The notes below the pieces were generated by a model. That model was not told where the DNA came from, did not search any database, and worked only from the letters and a program-made list of their open reading frames with translations. The position numbers were made by a program, and so were the translations under genes. This document shows positions 1 through 11,866 of a stretch of DNA of 64,000 nucleotides, in pieces. Every line of letters starts with the position of its first letter. Position 1 is the stretch's first letter. The stretch comes from Podospora anserina (taxonomy: Eukaryota), in the NCBI GenBank assembly GCA_017654855.1, contig CM030338.1, positions 124,001-188,000 of the forward strand, written 5' to 3'.

Positions 1-1433
1 ATTCCCCTCTTGCAGAGCCTCCCTCTTCGCTCACACTACGGTTACGTAGCGCAGCATGAGAAAATTGAGAGAACGTGGGGATGATGGGGGCGGGGCATGA
101 ACTCAGTCAAGAGGTGCCAAGGACTGGCCCGTGTCCCAAAGCAGGGTCACCAAATCTAGGCCACCCATCTTACCGCATACTTATTGAGTATCGTGATAGG
201 GTGGGACATTGGCGGACTGACTGCTGGACACCTTACCCATCGAGCCCGGGATTAGGCTGCAGCTGCCCTTCGGAGTGGCATTCTTGACAGCTCTATTTTC
301 TCCGCCAAGTGCGCCTTCTGCAGATGTAACTGCGCGGATTCAAGTCAATCTGGACGCCATCTGTCACCATCCGATCGTATCCGCCGGTCAAACACGGAAA
401 GGGCGCTCAGTTGCGTTGCGGACATTTACACGCATGTTCTTTTCCTGATGATTGCGGGCATCCAGGCAGGTGGCTTGGGTAACACAACTGTCTCAGTGGA
501 ACTGAAAGAACACAAGAACTGAGTGGGCTGGCTTTCTATTTGCTGTCCAACCTTTCTCGGGCAACAGGAGACTTCCTGCCTGAGAAGCCTGCAGCATGTT
601 ATCAGCCAATCTCAGGGCTTAATGGCTTGCATCTAAGGTCTGAAGGTGGCCAAATTACCTGCATCACCGCGCCAAGCTTGAAGTTGTGTGACCAACCTAA
701 CTATGAGGGATGGGTGCCTCGGCAGTGAATCACATCCTTAAGTTTGATGCGCGGAAATACTTTACTCAGGGGAGCTTTCAAGGAAACACCGATACCTCGT
801 ACCGGTTGTCTGAATTTAAAACGACAACTTCCACCTGGTAGTCCTAGTAGCACACTTTGCACACAGAACTGGTGATGAGTGAGAGCTGGTGATATTCACC
901 TGAGGGAGGGAGGGTTATCGTGGTTGATTCTGTCTTCGCCCACAGATATGTCCAAAACCCTTAACACCAATCATCGTCAGGCCAGCTCATCATGCATCGG
1001 CAAAGCTATATTTTCGGGTCAACTATATGAAAAGCTTTGACAGGTCGTTGGCTAGTTCAGGTATCCTAAGGATTGCTATTGGCCTTGTACCATAGTTACA
1101 CCACTACAGCCAGTTACGTGTCTTGGTTTTGGCATCGGCCTAATTTTGGTCCGATTTTGAGTCTCTTGATCAAGGTAGATGACGTGCAGTGGAGAGGTAG
1201 GCCTGGGTGTTTGCCAGCAAGTCTAAGTCGACCTTGGGCATCCGTAAAAGGATCCCAAACAATTTTAAAGTAGACATCCCTGGAATGTGTATTCTCATGC
1301 CATCTTATTCTTGGGTCTTCTCATAAAAGTACATATCTCATCACATCTAAGATTGCCCAAGCAGTAATATCACAAGTTCGTCCTGTCCCCCCCGAACGCC
1401 AATACCATGCCTTTTCTTTCTATGCGAGTTTTC

Positions 1434-2462
1434 CTAAACGCCCATACCTTCAAAAAACTTGACGCATAACACAGCCGCGATTGCGGCAATGCCACCCATG
1501 AGGGCCATTTGGATTCCCTCCCACAAGCTTCTTTTCAGATCCAACCACTTCATTCCCAAAACTATCCTGTGTTTCTTCTGTCCGCTTGTCCCGATCCACC
1601 CGGCCCGAGTCTGGTCCTTTGATTGCTGACTATTGAGGAAATAATCCTTCAAAAGGCCAAATAGGAACAGCGCTAGCAGGCAAACCGCAAAACTCCACCT
1701 GAGGCCCTCCTGCACATGTTCCACAAAGAAATAGGGGAACAATGGTAGCAGCCCGCCTAGAAGATACCCCAGTGACACTGAAAGTCCCACGAGGATGGGC
1801 GATGGTGCAGCTCTCTTTGCTTCGACTTCCTTCTCAATCAAGCTGCCTGTTTCTAAGCAACCATGGCGACTCCGATATCGCTTCTGCTGCTGTTCCAACT
1901 CCCTCAAAATGCCGGGGCATTTGGCCACATGCGACCTGATCTCATCTTGTAGTTTCGGCGAGAGCTCCAGAGGCGCTAAGTATCCCTCTAATAAATCATC
2001 GTTCTCGGTGTCGTGATAGCCTGAGACGATGGTTTCGGTTTCGGTGTCGATCTCTACGTCGGCATCGAATTGATCTACTAGGGCTGATTGGGCTGGTGTC
2101 TGTACTTGTGATTGAGCCCATTCACCCTTTGCTGCGAGGAAGCCACCGATGCCCATGCTAAGACTGCCGGCGCAAATCTCGGCGGCGCCAGCATAGATGA
2201 CAGTATCAGAGCTTCCCAGACTGGAAAGACCAGCAGTCAGAGCAAAAGGGACGGTGAGCCCATCCGCAAACCCGAGGGTGAAATCTGCTAAGAAACGTGT
2301 TGCTGTAGGGAGAACGAAGGCTGATTTCATGCTTGGTGGCGGCTTGGGAGCTGTTGGCGGAGGAAGGAGGGGCGCGGCCTCAAGGTCATGCGGCATGGTT
2401 GCTGTGTTTTGCTGTGACAGAGGAGGAGAGCTACAATCGAATGTCGAGTAACTGTGCGACAT
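1434..2462 (-). CDS. VIT1/CCC1-family vacuolar iron/manganese transporter
   Basis: The ORF contains FLADFTLGFADGLTVPFALTAGLS, AEICAGSLSMGIGGFLAAK and GYLLGGLLPLFPY, which are VIT1/CCC1 hallmarks. The start is placed at the ATG at 2462 (MSHSYS) rather than the upstream non-ATG start in the ORF track. Confidence 0.9.
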   Translation of the reverse strand: MSHSYSTFDCSSPPLSQQNTATMPHDLEAAPLLPPPTAPKPPPSMKSAFVLPTATRFLADFTLGFADGLTVPFALTAGLSSLGSSDTVIYAGAAEICAGSLSMGIGGFLAAKGEWAQSQVQTPAQSALVDQFDADVEIDTETETIVSGYHDTENDDLLEGYLAPLELSPKLQDEIRSHVAKCPGILRELEQQQKRYRSRHGCLETGSLIEKEVEAKRAAPSPILVGLSVSLGYLLGGLLPLFPYFFVEHVQEGLRWSFAVCLLALFLFGLLKDYFLNSQQSKDQTRAGWIGTSGQKKHRIVLGMKWLDLKRSLWEGIQMALMGGIAAIAAVLCVKFFEGMGV

Positions 2463-2837
2463 CTTTGCAATTGTTGTGAAGTGTGGTCGATTGTCGGCGG
2501 TTGGTGAGAGGTCAGTCTGACTGGCCTGCAAGTCGTCAGCACTACTCTTGGGTCGGTTTGGTGTGAGAAAGATAAAATAAGAAGTGCATATCTTACCAAT
2601 TTGAGATATCAGGATATCGAGCATATCAAGTGGCGAGTCGTGTTGAGACGTTGGACCGGGATGATGGGTCCTGTGTATAAGTCGCAGTGCCAAGGAATGA
2701 TCGTTTTCCCCGAGAAAGTCGGAAGGTTGTCTTTCCACTCCGCAGTGCCACCACCCTCGAAATGGTGTGACGACAAATATGTATTCAATGTATCATCTCT
2801 GCAAGATAGAGAGCAATCATGGATAATGGCCCATGAA

Positions 2838-2924
2838 CCAATCAGGAGCCAGCCAATTCTTTGTCCTGTCAACGCAGGTTGTTGCTTCGAGAGAGAGGCT
2901 GACAATTAGCTTAGCTGTGATTGG
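2838..2924. promoter_or_regulatory. Two bipartite CCAAT-N12-RWT motifs (candidate CBC:HapX iron-response sites) upstream of the CCC1-like gene
   Basis: Plus strand 2838-2857 reads CCAAT-CAGGAGCCAGCC-AAT. Minus strand 2924-2905 reads CCAAT-CACAGCTAAGCT-AAT. Both match the CSAAT-N12-RWT consensus known from the Aspergillus cccA promoter. Confidence 0.55.
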
Positions 2925-5067
2925 TGAATCAGCGCGCGCTGTTGATCTTGCGGGTTAGGGTTTTCCGCGGACGCAGCGATGATATTGGTAGCTTTGCCAC
3001 ATATAGTTGTTACCAGTCCAGTTAGTGCACACTGGAAAATACTGTGCGTTTTTCAAATGATGTTGATTGGTGAGGATGATAGGAAGGCTGTTTGTGGCAA
3101 CCGTAACTTCGTGATCACGGTCCTGCGCTCCCAGCCCCACCCTTTCAGGGGCTCAGGGGTGGCTGCCTCCTTACCGAAATGACCAATATCAGCGATATCA
3201 ACATAGCAACGGACGAAAATGAATTATACAGCCAGGTGCTTTGGAACTAGCCAAGGTAGATTGCAGCAGGAGGTCAAAATCTTCCCTCCCCTCCACTGGT
3301 GACCATTCTCTAAACAAGACACGCTGGACAGACCAAACTGTGACATGGAGTGAAGTCAACGCTTGTTGACAATAGCAGTGTCGAGTGCATCTTACAGCCT
3401 GGAACAAGAAGATCCGTTCTGTACCTTTGACACACGCTGCTTGCCACGAGGCTTTCATTCTATGTCGGAATCGCCTCTCAGGTAAGCCCGCTCTGTTCCA
3501 AGTGCTTCCGTATCAAGACATGAGAGCTTGACCAGCTACCGCTGTGTATCATGGGCCAAGAAGACTAACAACAACAGCGTTGTCATTTTCGCCGGCTAAA
3601 ACGATTTACAGTCCTCCACAATCCCGCCGTCTTTCAGCCTTCAAACTGCGTCAAGGGGGGATATGGTGTGAACACAACACGGAGGAAGTGTAGATATCAG
3701 TGATGATGTATTGTGAGAGAACTACCAATGATCTCAAGAGGAAACCGAACAAAAGACCAATATAAAACCGGACCGAGTAACATAGTACCAGACGTCGTTC
3801 GAAGAATGTGGCGCCGAGCCAACTGGCTATTCGTCAGGTATATCAGATTCTCTCTTCTCCCCAGTACCTTGCATAAGCAACCCCACCCAAAGCCACACCA
3901 AGAGTGACAAGATTCCCCGTCAAACCAGATATGAAACCCGAAAATGCAGCGTCGCAGAGTGAACATTGTACCATAGTCTCTGTAACTTGGTGGCATCCGT
4001 CGCCATGATTACACATGTGTCCGCAATTAGGGCAAGATGGAGTTTGATCCATTCTGCGTGAGGTTGGAGCCATGGTGTGTGAACGACTTTCGAAAGTATT
4101 GTCTCAGACGCTGACTGGCAAAAAACACCACTACATAAGGTCAGGCAATCCCACCCGAGATGAAAGCAGGGTAAATACGTACCGGCAAACTCGGGTCGTC
4201 GAGGGAGTTTGGCTGCTGGGTTGTAATTAAAGAGTGAAGATTTTCTCAGATTGGTTTTGATGTCCGGCGGATTTGGGATGTCGCGCTTTCTTATGTGAAA
4301 ACGCATTCTATACATCCTGGGAAGCACACTTGATTAGATGCTGGATCTGATAGGTATTGTCTTTGCAGATGACGTGTTTCATAGTTCAAATGTCTGTCTT
4401 GGCGCATAAGAACCTGCTTTGCACACCCCGCAGCAAATGGCGAGATTGTAGTAAGATTGGGACATCCCGCTGTAAGATCTTAATCGAGGGTCTTGGCTAT
4501 TGCGTAGCCCCTCTCTCGATTATCTTATTGGGCTGGGAGGCGCGTCACGGTTCCAAAGAGGTGCATTGTGCAGATGAGGCTTTTTGAAGTGGCAAATGGG
4601 CACCACGCCTGAGCCCTCAGAGGTTATTTTCTTTTTTCTTTTTCTTTTTTTCGGAAAAAGCGGTCAGCTTTTGAGTTGATCATTCCCATCCACGGGCTTC
4701 ATATTCTCGAGCAAAACCTGTTACATGACCCAGCCCACGGGTGACTTGTTTCTTCAATCATTGAAGCACCATGGCAACCACACGCCACTGTTAAGTTTTT
4801 GATCAAGAAAAGTGGTGCTATACATCCGGATCTCTATAAGGTGGGAAAGAGGAAGGCATGTAATTAATCATCATGATAAATTCCTGCCGAGATAAGATAG
4901 TGAGATACCTGGATCGGCTTTGAGCAAGACGGAAAATGCCGCATGATGCGCAATATCTAGCCGGCTGTCATGGGACTTTACTTACAAACCCGACCCTAAG
5001 AGGCGTAATCTTGCCTGAGACCAATATGTGTAGTATCAGCTCCTTGTTTCTTCCAATCCTTCCATAT

Positions 5068-6091
5068 TTACTGCGCAGGACACTCGAAGACGGCGGGGCC
5101 GGGAATGTTGTATGGTCCAGCTGATATTGAGACAGTTAGATCGTTGTGCAAGACCCATAAGCATGGCAGCGGCACTTACGAGCCCAGACTTGGAACAGAA
5201 TGGAAGGGTCCTCCGCATCATAGGCACCAGGGAATCCTACTAGCTCGGCATTTGATGCGGAAGGGACTACCGATCCCGAACCGGACACCTCCAATTGGTG
5301 GCAAGACGGGTAGAACTGTGCTCCCTTCGCCGCCCACGCGGAGTGAAGGGCGATAATCTCGTGGCGAACGAGATAAAATCCCGGCTTCAGACACTCTGGA
5401 ATTGTGTATCGATAAGGTTCGTTGTCAAACTTCATGAAAGGGGTCTGTTCAAGTGTTAGAAATGACAAAATGGAAGTTATGTGGTGCTGGGCTATACTTA
5501 CCGTGGCCCAAATATCATCCGGCCAGGTCTTGTCAAAGGTATGTCTGCCCTCATGGTGAATCTTGAACCAGATCGGCTCGTCACCTGGAAGAAACTTGTC
5601 ACATCCCGAATCTGGGCATCGGGCCACTGTCGACAAGGTTAGCTAGATCAAATTCCAGGGTTTCATGACCTGATTGTGTGTTAGTTGACCTACTGTAAGT
5701 TAAGACCGGACCCATGTGAGAATCAGGCCAGTGAGTCCAACGCAGCGAGACCTCAGAGCCGGCCACTGCTTTGGCATGGAGAGGAGCAGGTTCCGATCCG
5801 ATTTGGCCTTCGATGGTGGAGCCTCCGCATTGCAGGTCAATCGAGGTGACATCCTCCACGGGTCCGTTGGTGATGATCTTGCGGCTGATGCGCTTGGGTG
5901 CCCACTCTCCCATGTATGGGTCTTGATAAGGCTGGTAAAGCTTTGGCAGAAATTGCCGTCAGCACCAAGTTTTCATGGTCAAGGGAGTGAAGAGGTACCT
6001 GGTAGAACTGCCCGCTAATGGTGATATTGTCAACCCAGCCGTGGGCAGAGACAGCAGTAGCCGTGGCGAGGGCCACAAGAACCGATTTCAT
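5068..6091 (-). CDS. AA9 (GH61) lytic polysaccharide monooxygenase, secreted, multi-exon, no CBM1
   Basis: A signal peptide is followed by mature His1 (AVSA|HGWV). Other motifs: NGPVEDVTSIDLQCG, second His in DSHMGP, RHEIIALH...GAQFYPSCHQL with the axial Tyr. The last exon reads YNIPGPAVFECPAQ* (stop at 5068). Several GT-AG introns. Confidence 0.95.
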
Positions 6092-6840
6092 GTTAGCTGA
6101 TGGTCCAATGGTGTTTGGAGTGGGCCTGGCTCTAACAGAAGAAAGCGTATCTGTCTAAACTGGCAATCAATTTTCTGTTATATATTTATTGTGTTTATGA
6201 GCCCCAAAGCGTCACATGCCCTCCTCCACTTCGCTTCAGCTGCTCCAAGGTTTCGCCCAGAGGTCGTGAGGGTAATGTGCCGGCAATATTCCAGACGGAT
6301 GCAACCTCAACAGCTGCACCTGGGTTCCGACCCACAACAACGGAAGATCACCTTGGTGGAAAAAAGATGCCAGGAGGAATGTCCGGGAACCCGCGGAGGA
6401 CTCTGCTCCATCTGTACCCATGTGCCGGGTTCAATGCCACACACCCCAGGCTTTGATTGGCATTGGGCGTGGTTATCGGCAACTTAAAAGAATCCACGGA
6501 TGTCGCGGTTCATGAAAAGTGTGCCAAACCCGGATCAGACAAGTCTTCAGACTCGTACTCGGTCATTTTGCTCTTCAACATTCGAACATTTAGTGTCGTA
6601 TATAAATTGACCGGATAACTTACGCGGTGAGCCCTTTATAGTTGCTCAGCAACTCCCGAGTAGGCAGCTGAGCAAAGTCACAAACGTGGTTGAAGAGAAA
6701 AGAGCATGCATCTTAAGGGGAAGCCAAATGAATCTAAATTGTAACAACTAGTACAGAAGACCAACTTCAAACTGTGTACATGCATTGCGTAGGCGTAAGA
6801 AAAGAAATCATATACCGGAGCGAAATACCTACCTAGGTAC

Positions 6841-9800
6841 TCAGCCCCGGCTGGTTGAGGCCTTGCTCTGAGGGGCAACCGCAGGATTAACCACAGCCTT
6901 GCCATGCACCTTTGCCTGTGCAGGCCTTTGGGCAGTTGCCTGACTACCACTCTTCTGGATCTGCGTCTGCTGCATTTGGCCTCCTGTTTGGCCCTGCGGA
7001 CTCTGAGATTTCTGGTGCTGCCCTGGTCTCTGTGGGCCGCCTGTCTGCTGTTTTGCTGTCTGGGAACCACCCTGAGGTCTTGCTGCAGGATTAGGAGCTT
7101 TACCCGCACTTTTGTCAATACTCTTTCCACCTCTCTTCTCCAGCTCCATCTGAATAGCTGCCTTGGCCTTGAGGGCGTCACTCCCGAAAGACCCTCTGTC
7201 CACAGTCTGAAAGTGTTGCATTCCATTTTGGAGGATACACAAGGGTGACATCTGGCCATCGAGAGAGAAGCTGCCAGGGACGATTACGACGCTGGATGCG
7301 AATTGCCTCGGAAGCTTGACGGGGGGTTGGGGGGCGGATGGGTCACCGAGCTGGTTAACGTCTATGCCCGGCTGGGAAAGGATGGCGTGCACGGCATGTA
7401 TGTCGAGAGAGTGCGTTGCTGCCTGCAAGGGGGTGAAAGAAAACGAATCCCCGGGCTTCCCTGCCTTTGCCGCAAGGGCCTTTTGAATACTGCATGCGCC
7501 AAATGAGGCGCAGAGGGAGTGGTCGTGGAAGGCAAGGTGGGTATAGATATCAGTCGCTGCCGGGGGCAGATAAGATCCAAATACAGTGAGGAGCATCTGC
7601 ACCTGTGCTTTCAGGGCATAGCCCCTTCTCGCTCCTTCAAAGTACAGTTCGATGATATTGGAAAGTAAGGTTGGCTGGGGGTCCATCTTTCCTGCCTTCT
7701 TATACTCGGACCACTTCACTGGGAGAGTGACACTGAGTGGGGTGGTGAAAAGCTTCCTGTGCTCTTCTGGAGTCTTGAGGTGAGCTTTGAGGAACTCGGT
7801 GACAAGTTTGGGATTCTTGAGAGAACAGACAAGGGCAAGACGGCCGACCAGCTGCTCGAAGGCACCAGCTTTACTATCATACTTGACGAGCCACTCCAGC
7901 ATGTCCCTGACACCACTGTCGCCACCGGCCTCCTGCGTACATATACTCAGTCCGTTGAACCACTTTGCCTGTGGATTGAGCACCTCGAATGTGAGAGACC
8001 GGAGCTTGTCGTCAGGAATGATGTGGCGGGTGATGGTCGGGTGATACAGCAAACTCCGGACTTGCCGCATCGCATGGATTTTGAAGTCTTTAGCGTCCAT
8101 CCTCTCGTCGACGGGTACATTATCAGGATTGTAGGTACCAGAGAATGTCTTGGTCACAGCGAGATATGTCGAAAGCGTGAGTGGGATTCGGCGTGAATCC
8201 GGTTCGTTGAGATAAAAGTCCTTGAGAGTCTTGTGGTTCTTGAGCTTCTCGGAGTTGAGGTAGTCACGGACTGTGTGATGCGCAAACCCCACGGTCTCAT
8301 CCATCAGGATCTTTCCATCTGCAGACACCTTTCTGACAACCTGAATAAGTGGGCCGCAGGCTTGAGCGAAAGCCCGAAGACTAAAAGGAATGCCCCCTCT
8401 TGTATCGCTTTGCTTCACGGACTCGATGAGCAAGTCGGTAGCAAGCCCATATCGCCAGCCAGAGTCGAGAATCAAGGCAAAAGCCTTGATCACATTGTCG
8501 CGGTGTTTGTCAGGAATATTGGCAAGAATGGTCTCCCATGTGCCATCAAGACTTTCAGGTCGGTCTTGGGTGGCGTTCAGTTTTGCGCGGGGATCTTTCG
8601 CATTCTTCAAGACCTCCAGTTGCCAGGAAGCGTACCTGAACATTCCTCTGGCCTTGGATGGGAGCGAGAAGGCAACATATTCCTTCAGTTTGGGCACTTC
8701 TTCCCAGTCCTCAAACTCATCCTTTTGGAGTTGTGCAGTCACCCAGGCTTTGATATCATCGTCAACGTCCTTGTTCTTGTCCAGAGACACTGGAATAGAA
8801 ACCCTCTCCAAGGCTTTCTGAACATCGGCTTGCCTGCGGCTGGTGACAGCTAGAAAGAGATTCTTGTACTTCGTGTCAGTGGCGAGGGTAGCCACTGCCT
8901 TCACCAAATTTGAAGTCCTGCTTTCGTCCAGAGCGTCGATGACAACATATGCCCTCCTTCCATTCAAGAAGGACAGGACTGCCTCAATGCCCTTGAAAAG
9001 ATCTTCCACGGTTGGGTACATTCCTCTATCCTTGAGGGGCTTCAGAAAAGCAGGAACTGACTTGATCTGTAGACAGAGACGTGCAAGAATCCAGCCAAGG
9101 CAGTGGGCAGTTTCATCTCTCTCCCACTTCTCGCCCTTCTCATCTGTGCTGGAACAATAGTAGAAGGCATAGGGCTGCTTAAAACCTTTGTACTGCTCCA
9201 CAATGTATGATGACAGGACGGTTTTTCCCACGCCAGGAACTCCATGAATCCAGAGGAGCCTTGACTTGGAATCCTCGGCCAACCAGGCTTTCCACTGACT
9301 GGAGTTGGGTAGCCACCGGCAGGTGTTAGCCTCTCGGAACTGGGAAGCCTTGTCGTGATTGTCGGAGGGATTGGTTTTGCTTAGCCACTTTGCAATGGCC
9401 TCGCGGTCCAATTTGTCGTCCATGGCGTGAACAGCCCCCTTGACCTCTTTGACATCATCCTTGATAACACGGACATTGGTTTGGATCTCTTTCACGGTCG
9501 TTGTAAGCTCGGTGGTCAAGCCGCTGATGATAGAAGTCCGGCAATGATGCAGTTTGCTCATGGCAGCATCAAACGATTCTTTTTTGAACGGCCATTTTGC
9601 TGCCTCCCATGTGTTCCTGAGTTTGTCGCGGGTGGTCCTATCTCTGGGGTCACGATCGATCTTCAGCTTCTTGATCATGCCTTGCAATTCCTCCAGCGTT
9701 TCCTTGCAGATTTCACAGGGCTTGAAGATCTGGTTGGCAATCCGTCTGTTTTCGGGGCTGTCTTCGATCTTTTGGCCCGGCTGGACATTGTTTTTGAAAA

Positions 9801-9978
9801 TGAAATCGATCGACTCAAATGTTGACTGCAGACTTGCTGCCTCCACCACGAGCAGCTTGATGTCTTTGGGACAGTCGCCCTTGGCTGCATCGATGTAGAA
9901 TTTCGTTGCAAGCGTAACATCCTTTGCAAAGGCTATAATGGTAAAAATGGTGGAGACGAGGCCAGCGACTTCAGCCAT
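6841..9978 (-). CDS. NACHT-domain STAND/NLR-like protein: helical N-terminal effector-type domain (HeLo-like/SesA type), NACHT, degenerate ankyrin, Q/G-rich tail
   Basis: Intronless 1045-aa ORF. Walker A GVPGVGKT, Walker B YVVIDALDE, GMFRYA and FAHHTVRDYL helical/winged-helix motifs. N-terminus MAEVAGLVSTIFTII...KWPFKKE. One ankyrin-like unit, FTPLQAATHSLDIHAVHAILSQPGIDVN. Confidence 0.9.
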   Translation of the reverse strand: MAEVAGLVSTIFTIIAFAKDVTLATKFYIDAAKGDCPKDIKLLVVEAASLQSTFESIDFIFKNNVQPGQKIEDSPENRRIANQIFKPCEICKETLEELQGMIKKLKIDRDPRDRTTRDKLRNTWEAAKWPFKKESFDAAMSKLHHCRTSIISGLTTELTTTVKEIQTNVRVIKDDVKEVKGAVHAMDDKLDREAIAKWLSKTNPSDNHDKASQFREANTCRWLPNSSQWKAWLAEDSKSRLLWIHGVPGVGKTVLSSYIVEQYKGFKQPYAFYYCSSTDEKGEKWERDETAHCLGWILARLCLQIKSVPAFLKPLKDRGMYPTVEDLFKGIEAVLSFLNGRRAYVVIDALDESRTSNLVKAVATLATDTKYKNLFLAVTSRRQADVQKALERVSIPVSLDKNKDVDDDIKAWVTAQLQKDEFEDWEEVPKLKEYVAFSLPSKARGMFRYASWQLEVLKNAKDPRAKLNATQDRPESLDGTWETILANIPDKHRDNVIKAFALILDSGWRYGLATDLLIESVKQSDTRGGIPFSLRAFAQACGPLIQVVRKVSADGKILMDETVGFAHHTVRDYLNSEKLKNHKTLKDFYLNEPDSRRIPLTLSTYLAVTKTFSGTYNPDNVPVDERMDAKDFKIHAMRQVRSLLYHPTITRHIIPDDKLRSLTFEVLNPQAKWFNGLSICTQEAGGDSGVRDMLEWLVKYDSKAGAFEQLVGRLALVCSLKNPKLVTEFLKAHLKTPEEHRKLFTTPLSVTLPVKWSEYKKAGKMDPQPTLLSNIIELYFEGARRGYALKAQVQMLLTVFGSYLPPAATDIYTHLAFHDHSLCASFGACSIQKALAAKAGKPGDSFSFTPLQAATHSLDIHAVHAILSQPGIDVNQLGDPSAPQPPVKLPRQFASSVVIVPGSFSLDGQMSPLCILQNGMQHFQTVDRGSFGSDALKAKAAIQMELEKRGGKSIDKSAGKAPNPAARPQGGSQTAKQQTGGPQRPGQHQKSQSPQGQTGGQMQQTQIQKSGSQATAQRPAQAKVHGKAVVNPAVAPQSKASTSRG

Positions 9979-10746
9979 GATGACTGTAGCGGCAAGATTG
10001 TAGTTGGGTGTTGATGTTGGATGTATGCGAAACGCAGCTGGGGATACACCAAGGTAGCAAGGTCTGTCAGGTAGGGTAAGACGAGTTAGCTCTCCAAAGG
10101 CAAGAGAAGGATTTAGAGAAAAGACAACTTGGAAGAGGATGGATGATAAAAAACAAAATGCAAAGTAGATTGGGAATGGGTCTGGATTTAAGTACTGGTC
10201 TTTTCTCAGTATTTAGGTTTATCCTTCAGGTACCTACCTGCTTCTAAGCACAGATATTGTGCCTCATTAATGACCATGGTGTTTCTGGCGTTGTTGGCCT
10301 TGCGCGTGGCCCACCATCCAAAAATGGCTTCGAGTCAAGCGATGATTACCATTGGGATTTCATGTTCTAAAACAGGTTGCACAAAGTGCGCTTGTCTGCG
10401 GCGCTCTCTGGGAGGTTGTGTGGCACAGCCTGTTCAAAACTACGAACCCTTACCCAATCGTAAAATGTTGGCTGTGTAAAACACCATCCCTTGTCCCCAT
10501 GTTTTGGGTGCCACAAGCCAAGCACAGAGGCTTACATTAACGGATAGACGGCATCGTTCGGATTAGCAGTGTGAATGCTTCTTTACGGGGAACGGAATCA
10601 TCCACAAAAATGACCAAGGTACTCTTGTGCACAGGACTGGTGATATTTTTGGCACATAGTACAGTCAATTACTGGTACGATGAAGTCTAAATCCTATCAA
10701 CTGCGGTGCAACAGGCATTCTCCCCTCAGCCTTCCTCTGTGTCCTT

Positions 10747-11389
10747 TTACGTTGGCATCCAACCAAGCGGCGCAAGCTCAAATCCATTCTCCACAAAACC
10801 AGGCGCGACTATCAGGCACAAGTCAGTAACTCTATTTTGCACCAGAGCCTCCAGATGATCCTGAGGTCAAGAAAACATGGCCGGACTTACCTGTTGTCCC
10901 AACCAAGGTCCATTTGCCTGTACTTCTGGCCCTCTGCCACTCGCCTCTTTGCACCACCACCTGAGGCTTTTCCCCGTTGAAAATCTCCCGGCCAAGCACG
11001 ACATTCCTGGTCCCCACGCCATCGTTTGTTGACAGTGACAAGGTCAGAGGCGCGCCGGCATAGTAATGCCATACTTCTGCCGCATCGACCTTGTGCCATG
11101 CCGACCAACCCACCTTGCCCTCAAGCAGGTAGTAGATTGCAGTGCTGGCCGACCGGTTGGTGGCCGTGCCTGACGTGAATTCATCGCGGAACGTCTCAAC
11201 AAAGAAGCCATGCTCTACATTGGGAATCAGGTTTAATGCTGCGATCAGCTCGGCGGCGGACCGGTCATTAATCGACTTTTTGCGTGGGCCTGGAGCGTGA
11301 CTGCCGTGGCTGTTTTGCGTCAGTGAGGCCATTGCCAGGGCAGAAAGTGACAGCAGCAAAGCCTGAAGGATGGTGAGATGATGAGACAT
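10747..11389 (-). CDS. Cupin_5/DUF985-family protein with predicted signal peptide
   Basis: Motifs EHGFFVETFRD, STAIYYLL, WHKVDAAEVWHYYAG and PQVVVQRGEWQ. An intron after WTLVGTT leads to a last exon VAPGFVENGFELAPLGWMPT*. Confidence 0.85.
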
Positions 11390-11866
11390 GGTGGCGGTCT
11401 TGGGCTGGAACTTTTAGAGAACAAGACTGCCGGAGAGGTTGGAAGCAGAACGACGTGTTGGGTTGGCGGCGGGGATGGCACAATTTGTAATGGTTGGAAT
11501 CACATCACTGTGGGAAAACAAGTGACAAAAGAGTCAGCACGATGTTCCTGCTGCAGTGTTCTTCTGATGTGATTGCTGGCGGGCTTGCGGACAGTGAACA
11601 AACTTTGGGCGATATCTCCGATGTAAGCAATTCCGAGGTTGCCGACAACCAACGGCTGCACTGTTGGCGATTCGTGAGCTATCTAGTTGGCTGCATGGCA
11701 CATGGCATCATTGACAAGGAGTGTCTCATCAAACACACCGCCTAGATCACAGAGTAAATGACGTAAGCGAATATGCCCCTCCCCATGAGGCAGACGCAAG
11801 ACCTGGCAAGAAGGCACATGGCCATCCAAAGATGTGGTTTGGTATTTCATTGTGAAGTATTAAGTA

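Noticed and set aside
174-209. Possible first exon (MSHPITILNKYA|GTAAGA) of a minus-strand gene leaving the window
   Set aside because: Too short to support without the downstream exons.
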